From: an uncultured Acidobacteriota bacterium
GTDB taxonomy: Bacteria > Acidobacteriota > Thermoanaerobaculia > Gp7-AA8
Direction of reading: 5' to 3'
Assembly (NCBI GenBank): GCA_963741955.1
Contig: CAVUKB010000013.1
Location: 1 to 64,000, forward strand
DNA length: 64,000 nt
A program made the translations under genes and the position numbers. Of this stretch, positions 1 through 10,183 are shown in pieces (the first letter of the stretch is position 1; the number at the start of each line of letters is the position of its first letter). The notes under the pieces are model-generated. The model saw only the letters and a program-made list of their open reading frames with translations. It was not told the DNA's origin and did not search any database.

Positions 1-355
1 GAATTTTCAGTGAGCTTGAGCCGGTCGACCACCCGCTCGGCGATCTGGCGGCTTCGGATCAGGCGGGTCTGCGTCGCGAGGAACTCCGGGTTGTACCGTT
101 CGAAGACGGGCTGCGTCATGGCGATGTCGAACGGCGTCGCGGATCGGGACTCCCACTGAGCGTCGCATTCGCCTTGTAGAGAGGCGTCGTCATCAGGGAG
201 ACGACCGCAGCGAAGACCACCGCGACCAGAACGGCGAGAGTAATCAGGCGGCGGCGCTTGACGATGACGTTCCAATACTCGGAGAGATGCACCTCCCGCT
301 GGGATGATTCGTCGGTGAGAAGCTCGTCGTCGAAGAATTCGGGCTGTTTGCTCAT
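1..355 (-). CDS. Polysaccharide co-polymerase / tyrosine autokinase (Wzc/GumC family), N-terminal part; runs off the left edge, apparent frameshift near 150
   Basis: 'HLSEYWNVIVKRRRLI' followed by a TM segment and 'PLYKANATL' is a Wzz/Wzc N-terminal signature; lies directly downstream of a Wza-like gene. Confidence 0.8.
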
Positions 356-1213
356 CAGAAGAACGATGCCTTTACGATCACTACGTCGTCGGGTTTGATC
401 TCGGGATCTTTGTCCCGGCCGGAAACGATCCGGTTGTAATCGGCCTGCAGCTCCTGGTCTTTCCCATCCGAACCTCGCCGCTTGATCCGGATGTGCTTGG
501 AGGCGCGGTCGGAGAGCCCGCCTGCCTTCGCGATGACCGAGAGGAGAGTGAGGCGGTCGTCGCTGGAGAACTCGAGCGCTCCGGGAGTGCGGACTTCACC
601 GAGCACGAAGACGTTCACCTTGGTACGAGGCGGGATGTTCACCACGTCCGACGGGTAGATCGGAATGTTCCAGGTGGATGCGCCGGTGAAGAGATCGGCG
701 ACGTTGATCTCGAGGGTCTGCGAAAGTCCCTTCGTCCCCTGGCGTATGACGAAGATCTTCTTACCTGCATTCTGGCGAGGCCGCCGGCGGCGGAGATGGC
801 CTGGAGAAGTGTCCAGCGGCCGGAGATGGTGAGTGAGCCGGGATGCTCGACCGCGCCGAGGATCGACACGGGCTTGTTCGCGTACTCCTTGATGATGACG
901 GAGACGTTTGCGCGGTTCACGTACTTCGCGCGGAGGATCGTCTCGGCTTGTCCCGCACCTCGCTCGCGGTGAGTCCGGCAACCGGAAACTGTCCGAGGAG
1001 CGGAAGGTCGATGTCACCGTCGTCACCGACGCGGCGATCCATGTTCAGCTCCGGGATCTCGAGCACCTTGATCTCGATCAGATCCTTCGGACCGAGGCGG
1101 TATTCGCCCGGATCCTGCGCGCGAAGGGAGGAGGGGACGAGGAGGGTCAGTGCGGCGAGCGTGAGCAGAGCCGTGCGGAGGAAGGAATGACAGGGGTGGG
1201 TCACCAGGGCCAT
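355..1213 (-). CDS. Polysaccharide export protein (Wza/Poly_export plus SLBB domains), split over 3 frames
   Basis: 'EYRLGPKDLIEIKV', 'DGDIDLPLLG', 'VSILGAVEHPG', 'VFVLGEVRTPG', 'IAKAGGL', 'IKPDDVVIV' spread over ORFs 917..1213, 639..920 and 355..1026. Confidence 0.85.
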
Positions 1214-1219
1214 GAAGGA

Positions 1220-2499
1220 TCAATCTCCTGGGAAAGAGAGGCCGCTCGTCACTCGGAACACGGAGCGGTCGAAACCGGAAATGTTGGAATTGTATTGGGA
1301 CTCCAAGCGTCGACGACGAGGTGAACGGTGCGGAAGAGACGGAAAGAGAAGCCGCCTCCGCAGGTCTTCACGTCGTCCGCGCGCTTCGTCACGTTCTCTC
1401 CTCCGACCACGACCTCGACCGGATAATCGTTGGTGCCGATCTCACCATAGAGGCGGAGCGTGGTCCGGGCGCCGACTGCCGACGCGATTCCAGCACCGTT
1501 ACGGATCTCGACGAAGTACGGGTTCGCAACGAAGAGCCCCGGTACGATCGAACGGCTCCCGAACGCCTGTAGCTCCAGACGCCTCCGCAGGAAGTACGAC
1601 GCGAAATACGACCCGGTGGTTCCGCTGTAGGTCGGAAACTGCGATCCGTTCAGTGCTTCACCTTTGCGCTGGCCGGCCCAGAGCTCCAGAAATGAGCGTG
1701 GACGGTCGTAGTGGATTCCGATCACCGTGGCGGTCGACTGGTTGTCGCGGACCTCCGGCTGTTTGTCGAATTCGGCCCGGGTCTTTTCGGCGCCGACGGC
1801 GATGTCGAACCAGGGGCGGAAATGATAACGAATCCCGCCGCGGGCGACGGTATCGCGGCGGTCGAGGAGAGTGACGTCGTAGGCATTGCCGGCGTCGGCC
1901 GGCTGATCGTAATTGAGGTCGTGGCCTTCCCAGTCGCCGAAGAGGGAGAGCCTCCGAAGGACGTCGATCTCGCTCTTCGCGTAGACCCGGCTGGTGTTGG
2001 AGACCACTGGTCGCTGAATCTCCGAGCTGACGTTCGCGAGCGACTCGTCGCTCCCGGCTCCCGCTTCCAGGGACATCCGGTTGAAGAGGGCGAGAAGGGC
2101 GCCGTCGAAGTGACCGCCGAGGTTGCGGCGGTCCTTGAGCTCGGCGAACCAAGTGTACTCGGGGAGGACGGCGCCGCGCAGGTAGAGCTTGCGGCCGATG
2201 GGAAGGAGCGCGTCGACGCCGGCGGAGACCGTGGCAGTCCAGTCGGAAACCGGCTTCTCGGGAGTGCCGAAGACGTTACTGTCGTAGCCGATGTTCCTGA
2301 GGTTCAGCTCCGGCTCGAGTCGGATGGGCCCCAGCTGGAAGCGGCTCTCCGCCATCTCCCCGTCGATCTGCTGGCGGAGGGGGATGGTCCGCTCGCGCGG
2401 AACCTGATCGGAAGTGACCTGAGGAATTGCGATCAGGGGGACGAGGGCCACGACGAGAGTCGCGAGCGCGATCCGTAAGTGATTCGAAATGCGTTGCAC
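1220..2499 (-). CDS. Outer-membrane beta-barrel protein associated with EPS export
   Basis: Signal peptide, 'GYDSNVF' motif, amphipathic aromatic-rich strands; an alternative frame near 1300 gives a barrel-like C-terminus '..RVTSGLSFPGD*' ending at 1220. Confidence 0.7.
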
Positions 2500-2654
2500 C
2501 GATACCTGCCGACGAACTTATTTGACGGAGCAGTGTAAACCAACGCGTCGGATGCTGTCGATCCTCGATATGGGGTATATCGCGCGGTTCAGGCGAGGAA
2601 TTCGCCCTTCGGGCCACGCGATGTCGGTGTTTGAGGTCAAGTTCGAAGTGGACG

Positions 2655-3978
2655 CAGGGCTTCGCTTCTTCCGCGGGCGGCGTCTCGATCCGCTCCGAAC
2701 GCGATTCGAGGGCAGCGTCCTCCCGAGGGGGTGCGTCTCTTTTGGGGTGCGGATCCTCCGATCCGCCGCGAAGATCGTGGCATACGCGATGATGACCGTG
2801 CCTGTGGTCATTCGCGGAGCGGTTTCTCGCGAGCGCGGCTTCGCTTCTGCCACAGGCGGCGTCTCGATGCGCTCCGAACGAGATTCGCGCGGCGGATCCC
2901 GCCTCGCGGGATCCGCGCCCCTCGGCGGGTGGCGTGAGCGGTCGCGAGAGTCGCGGGCTTCGCTCTGCCTCGGCGGGAACGTTCGGCTTCGTTCTCCCAA
3001 GGCGGAGCGTTCCCGAGGGGGTGCGGATCCTCCGATCCGCGGCGAAGATCGTGGCATACGCGATGATGACCGTGCCTGTGGTCATTCGCGGAGCGGTTTC
3101 TCGCAAGCGCGGCTTCGCTTCTGCCACGAGCATCCTCTCGATACGGTTCGAACGAGATTGGCGCGGCGGATCGGGGGATCCGCACCTCCTCGGCGGAAAC
3201 GTTCGTTCTCCCAAGGGGGTGCGTTCTCTTTTGGGGGTGCAGATCCTCCGATCTGCCGCGACGATCGTGGCATACGCGATGATGACCGTGCCTGCGGTCA
3301 TTCGCGGAGCGGTTTCTCGCGAGGGCGGCTTCGCTTCTGCCACAGAGCGGCGTCTCGATGCGCTTCGAACAGGATTCGCGCGGCGGATCGGGGGATCCGC
3401 ACCCCTCGGCGGGAACACGAGCGGCGCGAGAGATTGGAGGATCCGCGCCCCTCGGCGGGAGACGTTCGTTCTCCCAAGGGGGTGCGTTCTCCTTTGGGGG
3501 TGCGGATCCTCCGATCCGCGGCGAAGATCGTGGCATACGCGATGATGACCGTGCCTGCGGTCATTCGCGGAGCGGTTTCTCGCGGGGGCGGCTTCGCTTC
3601 TGCCACAGGCGTCGTCTCGATCCGCTTCGAACGAGATTCGCGCGGCGGATCGGAGGATCCGCACCCCTCGGCGGGAGACGTTCGGCTTCGTTCTCCCAAG
3701 GGGGTGCGTTCTCTTTTGGGGGTGCAGATCCTCCGATCTGCCGCGACGATCGTGGCGTCTTCGATGATGACCGTGCCTGAGGTCATTCGCGGAGCGGTTT
3801 CTCGCGAGTGCGGCTTCGCTTCTGCCGCGAGCGTCGTCTCGATCCGCTTCGAACAGGATTCGCGCGGCGGATCGGAGGATCCGCACCCCTCGGCGGGAAC
3901 ACGAGCGGCGCGAGAGATCGCGGGATCCGCACCCCTCGGCGGGAGACATGTGCGGCGCGAGGGATCGGAGGATCCGCC
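2655..3978. repeat. Tandem array 1 of REP-like doublets (5 units, spacing ~216-274 bp)
   Basis: Left palindrome GGGGTGC(G/A)GATCCTCCGATC at ~2744, 3018, 3234, 3497 and 3719, each followed by a conserved ~120-bp spacer and an inverted copy CGCGGCGGATCGGAGGATCCGCACCCCTCGG. Confidence 0.95.
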
Positions 3979-4002
3979 GGAAGGCGATGATCTGTGACGC
4001 GT

Positions 4003-4653
4003 TTACGGACGCGAGGGGGAGATCACCGGAGGGTTCCCTTTGTGATCTTCGTGGAGGATCTGGCCGAGGCCCACACCGGCGCCGATCAGTGCGACGGGCT
4101 GCCAGATCGGAACCGCCGCGACTTTGCAGACCACCGGGCGCATGTCGCCGGAGGGAGTGAGCGCGGCGACGATGTCCCTGCACGCGAACCCGCACGGGAC
4201 CTGGTGCTGATCGGCTTCAGTCCAACCGACGACCAGGTTCTGCGCGACGCGCGACTGCTCGGGGGTCAGGGTCGGAACCGGACACGACGCGTTCACGGCT
4301 GTGTTCATCAGTTCCGTCGAAGCTGAGCCGGAGGTGTCGTCAGTGGCCGTGATGCGGTAGTTGACCGATGGTGTCGCGCTCAGTGGAATCGGGAGGACGG
4401 CCCACCAGAGATCGCCCTGGGCGTGGCGCATCTGCACATACGACCAGTTGCAGTCTTTCTCGTCGCTGGCGCGGAAGACGACGCGGGCGGAGATGATCGG
4501 AGTCGTGCCGGTGATGTGGGCAGTGATCAACTGATGACCCTTGGCCGGAATGCACGAAACACCCGCAGTCGTGATCTGCGGCGCGGCCGCAAACAGCGAC
4601 GCGCACGAAAAGATGAGGGCTCCCACCCAGACAGCAATCCGGCTCTTCTTCAT
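4003..4653 (-). CDS. Hypothetical secreted Cys-rich protein
   Basis: MKKSRIAVWVGALIFSCASLFA signal peptide, GGAG SD upstream, beta-rich body with several Cys. Confidence 0.7.
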   Translation of the reverse strand: MKKSRIAVWVGALIFSCASLFAAAPQITTAGVSCIPAKGHQLITAHITGTTPIISARVVFRASDEKDCNWSYVQMRHAQGDLWWAVLPIPLSATPSVNYRITATDDTSGSASTELMNTAVNASCPVPTLTPEQSRVAQNLVVGWTEADQHQVPCGFACRDIVAALTPSGDMRPVVCKVAAVPIWQPVALIGAGVGLGQILHEDHKGNPPVISPSRP

Positions 4654-4713
4654 CGAATAATCTCCAGCCTCATGATCCGGGCGGATCCGGATGAGGCGAT
4701 CCGGGGTTCCACG

Positions 4714-4743
4714 AATGTAACGCCCCGAGACCCGTGACGTCAA
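4714..4743 (-). promoter_or_regulatory. Putative sigma70 promoter (TTGACG-18-TACATT)
   Basis: Near-consensus -35/-10 about 60 bp upstream of the ATG at 4653. Confidence 0.45.
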
Positions 4744-4844
4744 GGGGTGGTTCGGACGGCGGTCGAGCCTGCCGTCGTTTTCCGGGGGAAGGAGGAGGGC
4801 CGAGGGGAAACACTTCGTGCGGAGGACCGAGCGCAAGGGGTCCT

Positions 4845-5326
4845 CCGAGGGGTGCGGATCCTCCGATCCGCGGCGTGAATCGTGTTCGGAGCCGATCGAG
4901 ACGATGCCTGCGGCAGAAGCGCAGCTGTTCTCGCGCGTGACACGCTTCGCGAATGACCCCAGGCAAGGTCGTCGTCGTGAATGCCACAATCCTCGCGGCG
5001 GATCGGAGGATCCGCACCCCCTCGGGAGATTGCGTGGAGATATCCGAGCGCAGCTGTTCTCGCGCGGGGACACGCTTCGCGAATGGCCGCAGGCGCGGTC
5101 TTCGTCGTGGATGCCACAATGTTCGCCGCGGATCGGAGGATCCGCACCCCCTCGGGAGATTGCGTGGAGATATCCGAGCGCAGCTGTTCTCGCGGGGACA
5201 CGCTTCGCGAATGGCCGCAGGCACGGTCTTCGTCGTGAATGCCACGATGTTCGCCGCGGGTCCCGCAGCGCGGGATCCGCACCCCTCGGGAGATTGCGTG
5301 GAGATATCCGAGCGAAGCTGCTCTCG
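4845..5326 (-). repeat. Tandem array (~130-bp period, 3 units plus one core) of the same REP family, reverse orientation
   Basis: GCAGCTGTTCTCGCG at 4921, 5050 and 5180 (variant at ~5314); each unit ends in GGATCCGCACCCCCTCGGGAG; 4845-4920 is the reverse complement of the shared core. Confidence 0.9.
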
Positions 5327-6746
5327 CTACTCGCCTCCGAGGATCTTCTCCAGCCAGGCGGCGACCCATGCGTTCACGCGAATGTGGGTGCGCGCTTCCT
5401 TCGCATAGCGACGGGCGGCGTCGGGCTCGCCGCTCTGCCAGAGTGCGACCGCGGCGTAGAATTTCGATACGCTCTCGCTCTTTCCGAACGGCTCGAGGAG
5501 TGGCACCTGCGCTCGCGCCGTCGCGAAGTCGTTCGCGAGAACTGCCGCCTCGAGAAACGCGAGGCGAACGTCACGGCGCTCCGGCGCAGCGCGGACTGCG
5601 CGGAAGAGGATCTGCTCTGCTTCGGCGGCTTGTCCCGACTCGATCAGCTTCCGCGTTTCGGCAATCGCTGCGGTGAAGCGATCCCAGGTGCGGACTCCGC
5701 TGCCACGTTCTCCTGTCTGGCGCCGGGGCGGGGGCCGCCTCCGCGGTTCGCGGCGCGGGAGGACGCGTCGGAGTCGCTGTCGGCGGTGGCGTCTCCGGCG
5801 ATGCTGCCGTGGGAGCTTGCGCATCCGAGGATCCTTCGCCATCTGGTCGCGGAGCGCCTCGTGCGCAGTGGCGACATCGGGACGAGGGAGGAATTCGGAC
5901 GGAACCATCAGGAACGCTCCTCTCGCGTCGCTCCATCGCTCGAGCGCGACGAGACAGACGAAGCGGTCCGCGAAGAGCTCGGGGAAGGTCTGGCGCGTCT
6001 TCGAATCGAGCGCCGCAATCTCGTCGAGAGCCCCACTGCAATCGCCGTCGATTGCGCGAAGGTGTGCGTGGAGGGTCCGTCCCTCGACATTCGCAGTGAT
6101 CGATCCTCAGCGCCTCTCCCGCCCAGCGAAGGGCGGAGGGGCGGTCCCCTCGGGCCGCGCTCTCCTTCGCCCGCCGAGATCGGCGGCGAGCTCGGAGGGA
6201 GGAAGCGTCCCGTCCGTGGACGCCGGGGATGAAATGAGTGGCGGCGGCCGGGGGTGGAGGCTGTGCAGGCGAAGGTTCCGGCGGCGAGCGCTTGCCCCTC
6301 CCTCTCGGCGGCGCCGGGGTTTCAGGGGCGAATCGATGCGAGCGACGGAATGGCGCGAAACGTCTCCGGAGGAACGTCCCGAAGCAGGAGCGTCGCGAGT
6401 CGTTGCCGCAGCGGCGGCTCCAGAGGGATGCCTGGACCAGTTGCCGTAACGACGCTCTGCGTCGAGGAAGACGGGTCAGCTCCTCCTGCACTGCTGAGTG
6501 ATTCCCTGCGGACTCCTCTGCGAGGACGAGGCGGGCGAGGCCTTCGGAGAGGAGCAGCGGCCGGTCGAGGAATCCGAAAACCGCCACGCGGAGCTGCTCA
6601 GCAGCGTCCTCAAAGCGGCCGGCGTGGTACGCTTCTTTTCCACTCGCCAGGCGAAGCTCGTAGAAGTCGGCGCCTTTCGCGGTGAAGGCAACGCAGAGAA
6701 GCAGAGAGATCCCGATCAGGAGACCCGACCGTTGAGCACGATTCAC
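5327..6746 (-). CDS. Secreted TPR-repeat protein with Pro/Ala linkers, several apparent frameshifts
   Basis: Signal peptide, 'GKEAYHAGRFEDAAEQLR' and C-terminal 'AAVALWQSGEPDAARRY' TPR-like helices in different frames. Confidence 0.65.
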
Positions 6747-8145
6747 GGCTTCACCGGCCCGATAGCCCGCAAGACGTCGTTCGAGAAGTTTCCCGTCGTT
6801 CACTGGATCGCGTTCGCTCTGCTCGTCGTTCTGGTGGTTGTGGCGCCGTTCCCGTACGGGGCGATCATGCCCGGCGGCCAGGCTGCGGTGTCGGTCCTCG
6901 CGCTCCTCGCTGCAGCCCTGACCCTTTCGGCGGAGGATGGATCCGGCCGCCGTGTCGGGGCGGGATGGATTCCGGTCGCCGGCCTGGCCGCGATCGGAGT
7001 GCTCGGAATCATCCAGCTCGTCCCGCTTTCGGATTCGCTCGCCCGCACACTCTCTCCTGACAGCGCTCAAATCTACCATGACTCGAACCGGGTACTCGCG
7101 CTGTTCGGGCGCGGAGGGGTCGAACCGCGGATCTCCATCGCTCCGACCGCAACACGCGCTGCGGTGCTGATCATTCTCGCGTATGCCGCCGCGTTCCTCG
7201 CCGCGACGCTTCTCGTCGCGCGGCACGCGCCAGAGGCGGTTCCTGGCAGTTGCCGTTTTCGCGGGTGCGGCCGCGCAGATCCTCTACGCACTCGGCGACC
7301 GGAAAACCACCGACCGGATTCACGGTGCATTCGTGAACCCGAACAACCTTGCGGGCTACCTCGAGATCGCGCTGGCGCTCGCGTTCGGGATGATCTGGAC
7401 GGAACTGCTCAAGAACCGGGAGCGGGCGGTCGGATTGCGTGATCCCGCCGCGCGGCTGGAGAAGCGCGCCATCCCTCTGGTCCGCGCCATCCTGGTGTGG
7501 GGAGTGATCGCCACGGCGATCGGCCTCACGCGCTCACGCGGCGCAGTCGCGGCGGGAATCATCAGCACGGTTCTGATGATGGCGCTCTCTCCTCTCCATC
7601 CCCGCGTCTCGCTGAAGCGGCGCCGTACGGTGGCCGGAACCGCGCTGGCTCTCTTCGGAGGACTCCTCTTCGTCGCGATCGCAATCGGGAACACACCCCT
7701 CCTCCGCTTCCTCACCTCCGATCCGCGGGAGATCGGCTCCGACACGCGGGTTCAGCTCTGGCAGCTCTCGGTCGACACGTGGCGGCATTTCCCGATCTTC
7801 GGGTCGGGACTGGGGACGTTTCAGGAGGCGTTCCGGCGCGTCCAGCCGCGGGATCTGGTCGGCGTCGTCGAGCATGCGCACAGCGACTTCCTGCAGCTTC
7901 TCGCCACGGGAGGCCTCATCGGTGCGGCGCTGGGCGTGCTGGTCGTCGCCTCGGCGCTGGTGCTCCTCTTCCGGGCCTGGCTGGGACAACAGCACCGCGA
8001 AGAGGCAGGGTTGATCCTCGGCGCGATCGGGGCGATCGTCTCGCTCGTGCTTCACGGAATCGCGGAGTTCAACTTCTCACTTCCCGCAATTCCGATGACG
8101 CTCGCGGTGGTGGTGGGAATGGCGTGGCGCGCGAGAAGCAACTGA
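6732..8145 (+). CDS. O-antigen ligase-like (Wzy_C) membrane protein, frameshift near 7225
   Basis: 'GAFVNPNNLAGY', 'LTRSRGA', 'PIFGSGLGTF', 'HAHSDFLQ'; TTG start preceded by AGGAG. Confidence 0.85.
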
Positions 8146-8148
8146 GAT

Positions 8149-8252
8149 CATCTGATATCTATTATCTGTTATCTATTATCTGATGTTGTTATCGAGACAT
8201 CGCCACATACTAGATAATCAGATAATAGATACTAGATCCTAGATATCAGATG
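8149..8252. repeat. AT-rich inverted heptamer element A
   Basis: Perfect 13-bp terminal inverted repeat CATCTGATATCTA...TAGATATCAGATG with TTATCTG/TTATCTA units on the arms. Confidence 0.85.
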
Positions 8253-8258
8253 CTCTTC

Positions 8259-8335
8259 TGGTCTGCCCGGCAGGACTCGAACCTGCGACCCACAGCTTAG
8301 AAGGCTGTTGCTCTATCCACCTGAGCTACGGGCAG
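8259..8335 (-). tRNA. tRNA-Arg (anticodon TCT)
   Basis: Cloverleaf, ACAGC-CTTCTAA-GCTGT anticodon arm, GTTCGAGTCC T-arm, encoded CCA. Confidence 0.97.
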
Positions 8336-8384
8336 TGACCGGTGAAATGTATAGCACAGGTGGGAACGCGGAGGGGTGGGGGAT

Positions 8385-10035
8385 GATTTCGGATTTCGGA
8401 TTTGCTCCGCTTCTGCCACAGGTAGTGGGACCTGTTCTCCAGGGGGTGCGTTCTCTCTTAGGGGGTGCGGATCCTCTGATCCGCGGCGAAGATCGTGGCT
8501 TCCGCGACGATGACCGTGCCTGGGGTCATTCGCGGAGCGTTTTCTCGCGAGTGCGGCTTCGCTTCTGCCACAGGCATCGTCTCGATCCGCTTCGAACGAG
8601 ATCTGCGCGGCGGATCGGAGGATCCGCACCCCTCGGCGGGAACGTGAGTCGCGCGGCGGATCGGAGGATCAGCACCCCTCGGCGCAGGTCCGTTCGGCTT
8701 CATTCTCCCAAGGGGGTGCGGATCCTCTGATCCGCGGCGAAGATCGTGGCTTCTGCGACGATGACCGTGCCTCTGGTCATTCGCGGAGCGGCTTCTCGCG
8801 AGTGCGGCTTCGCTTCTGCCACGGGAATTGTCTCGATCCGCTTCGAACGGGATCTGCGCGGCGGATCGGAGGATCCGCACCCCTCGGCGCAGGCCCGTTC
8901 GGCTTCATTCTCCCAAGGGGGTGCGGATCCTCTGATCCGCGGCGCAGATCGTGGCTTCCGCGACGATGACCGTGCCTCGGGTCATTCGCGGAGCGTTTTC
9001 TCGCGAGTGCGGCTTCGCTTCTGCCGCGGACGTCCTCTCGATCCGCTTCGAACATGATTCGCGCGGCGGATCGGAGGATCCGCACCCCTCGGCGGGAACG
9101 TGAGTCGCGCGGTGGAAGAGAGGATCAGCACCCCTCGGCGCAGGTCCGTTCGGCTTCATTCTCCCAAGGGGGTGCGGATCCTCTGATCCGCGGCGAAGAT
9201 CGTGGCTTCCGCGACGATGACCGTGCCTCGGGTCATTCGCGGAGCGGCTTCTCGCAAGTGCGGCTTCGCTTCTGCCACAGGCATCGTCTCGATACGCTTC
9301 GAACGGGATCTGCGCGGCGGATCGGAGGATCCGCACCCCTCGGCGGGAACGTGAGTAGCGCGGCGGAAGAGAGGATCAGCACCCCTCGGCGCAGGTCCGT
9401 TCGGCTTCATTCTCCCAAGGGGGTGCGGATCCTCTGATCCGCGGCGAAGATCGCGGCTTCCGCGACGATGACCGTGCCGGTGGTCATTCGCGGAGCGTTT
9501 TCTCGCGAGTGCGGCTTCGCTTCTGCCACGAGCATCGTCTCGATCCGCTTCGAACGAGATCTGCGCGGCGGATCGGAGGATCCGCACCCCTCGGCGGGAA
9601 CGTGAGTCGCGCGGTGGAAGAGAGGATCCGCACCCCTCGGCGGGAACGTGAGTAGCGCGGTGGAAGAGAGGATCCGCACCCCTCGGCGCAGGTTCGTTCG
9701 GCTTCATTCTCCCAAGGGGGTGCGGATCCTCTGATCCGCGGCGAAGATCGCGGCTTCCGCGACGATGACCGTGCCTCGGGTCATTCGCGGAGCGTTTTCT
9801 CGCAAGTGCGGCTTCGCTTCTGCCACAGGCATCGTCTCGATCCGCTTCGAACGAGATCTGCGCGGCGGATCGGAGGATCCGCACCCCTCGGCGGGAACGT
9901 GAGTAGCGCGGTGGAAGAGAGGATCAGCACCCCTCGGCGGGAACGTGAGTCGCGCGGTGGAAGAGAGGATCCGCACCCCTCGGGGACCCGTTCTCCATGG
10001 GGCGCGAAAATTGTGGTTTGTGCGACGATGACCGG
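8385..10035. repeat. Tandem array 2 of REP-like doublets (6 units, periods 251/205/251/251/297 bp)
   Basis: GGGGGTGCGGATCCTCTGATCCGC at 8461, 8712, 8917, 9168, 9419 and 9716. Confidence 0.95.
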
Positions 10036-10096
10036 TAACCTTCGGCTCCCGTCAGATCCTCGATCCGCGATGCTTCTCAGATCCTCGATCCGCGAT

Positions 10097-10162
10097 AAAA
10101 AAAGGGGCTCCACGGTTGGCCGGGGAAGGGCTGGGCAGGCAGTGGCCAACCGTAGAGCCTTT
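10097..10162 (-). terminator. Probable intrinsic terminator with a long stem and large loop, after the ABC permease gene
   Basis: GGCTCTACGGTTGGCC...GGCCAACCGTGGAGCC followed by a T-run on the minus strand. Confidence 0.6.
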
Positions 10163-10183
10163 GAAAACCGAAGCGATCTCAGA

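Noticed and set aside
2276-4195. Long ORFs across the repeat arrays (639 aa, 502 aa, and similar ones at 8.3-10, 18-19 and 32.4-34.9 kb)
   Set aside because: They are open on both strands and in several frames, most unit lengths are not multiples of 3, and they are Arg/Ser/Gly-rich with no motifs. This is best explained by stop-poor GC-rich repeats.
8259-10035. Integrated element at tRNA-Arg(TCT)
   Set aside because: The array is on the 5' side of the tRNA, and no integrase or duplicated tRNA 3' end is visible.
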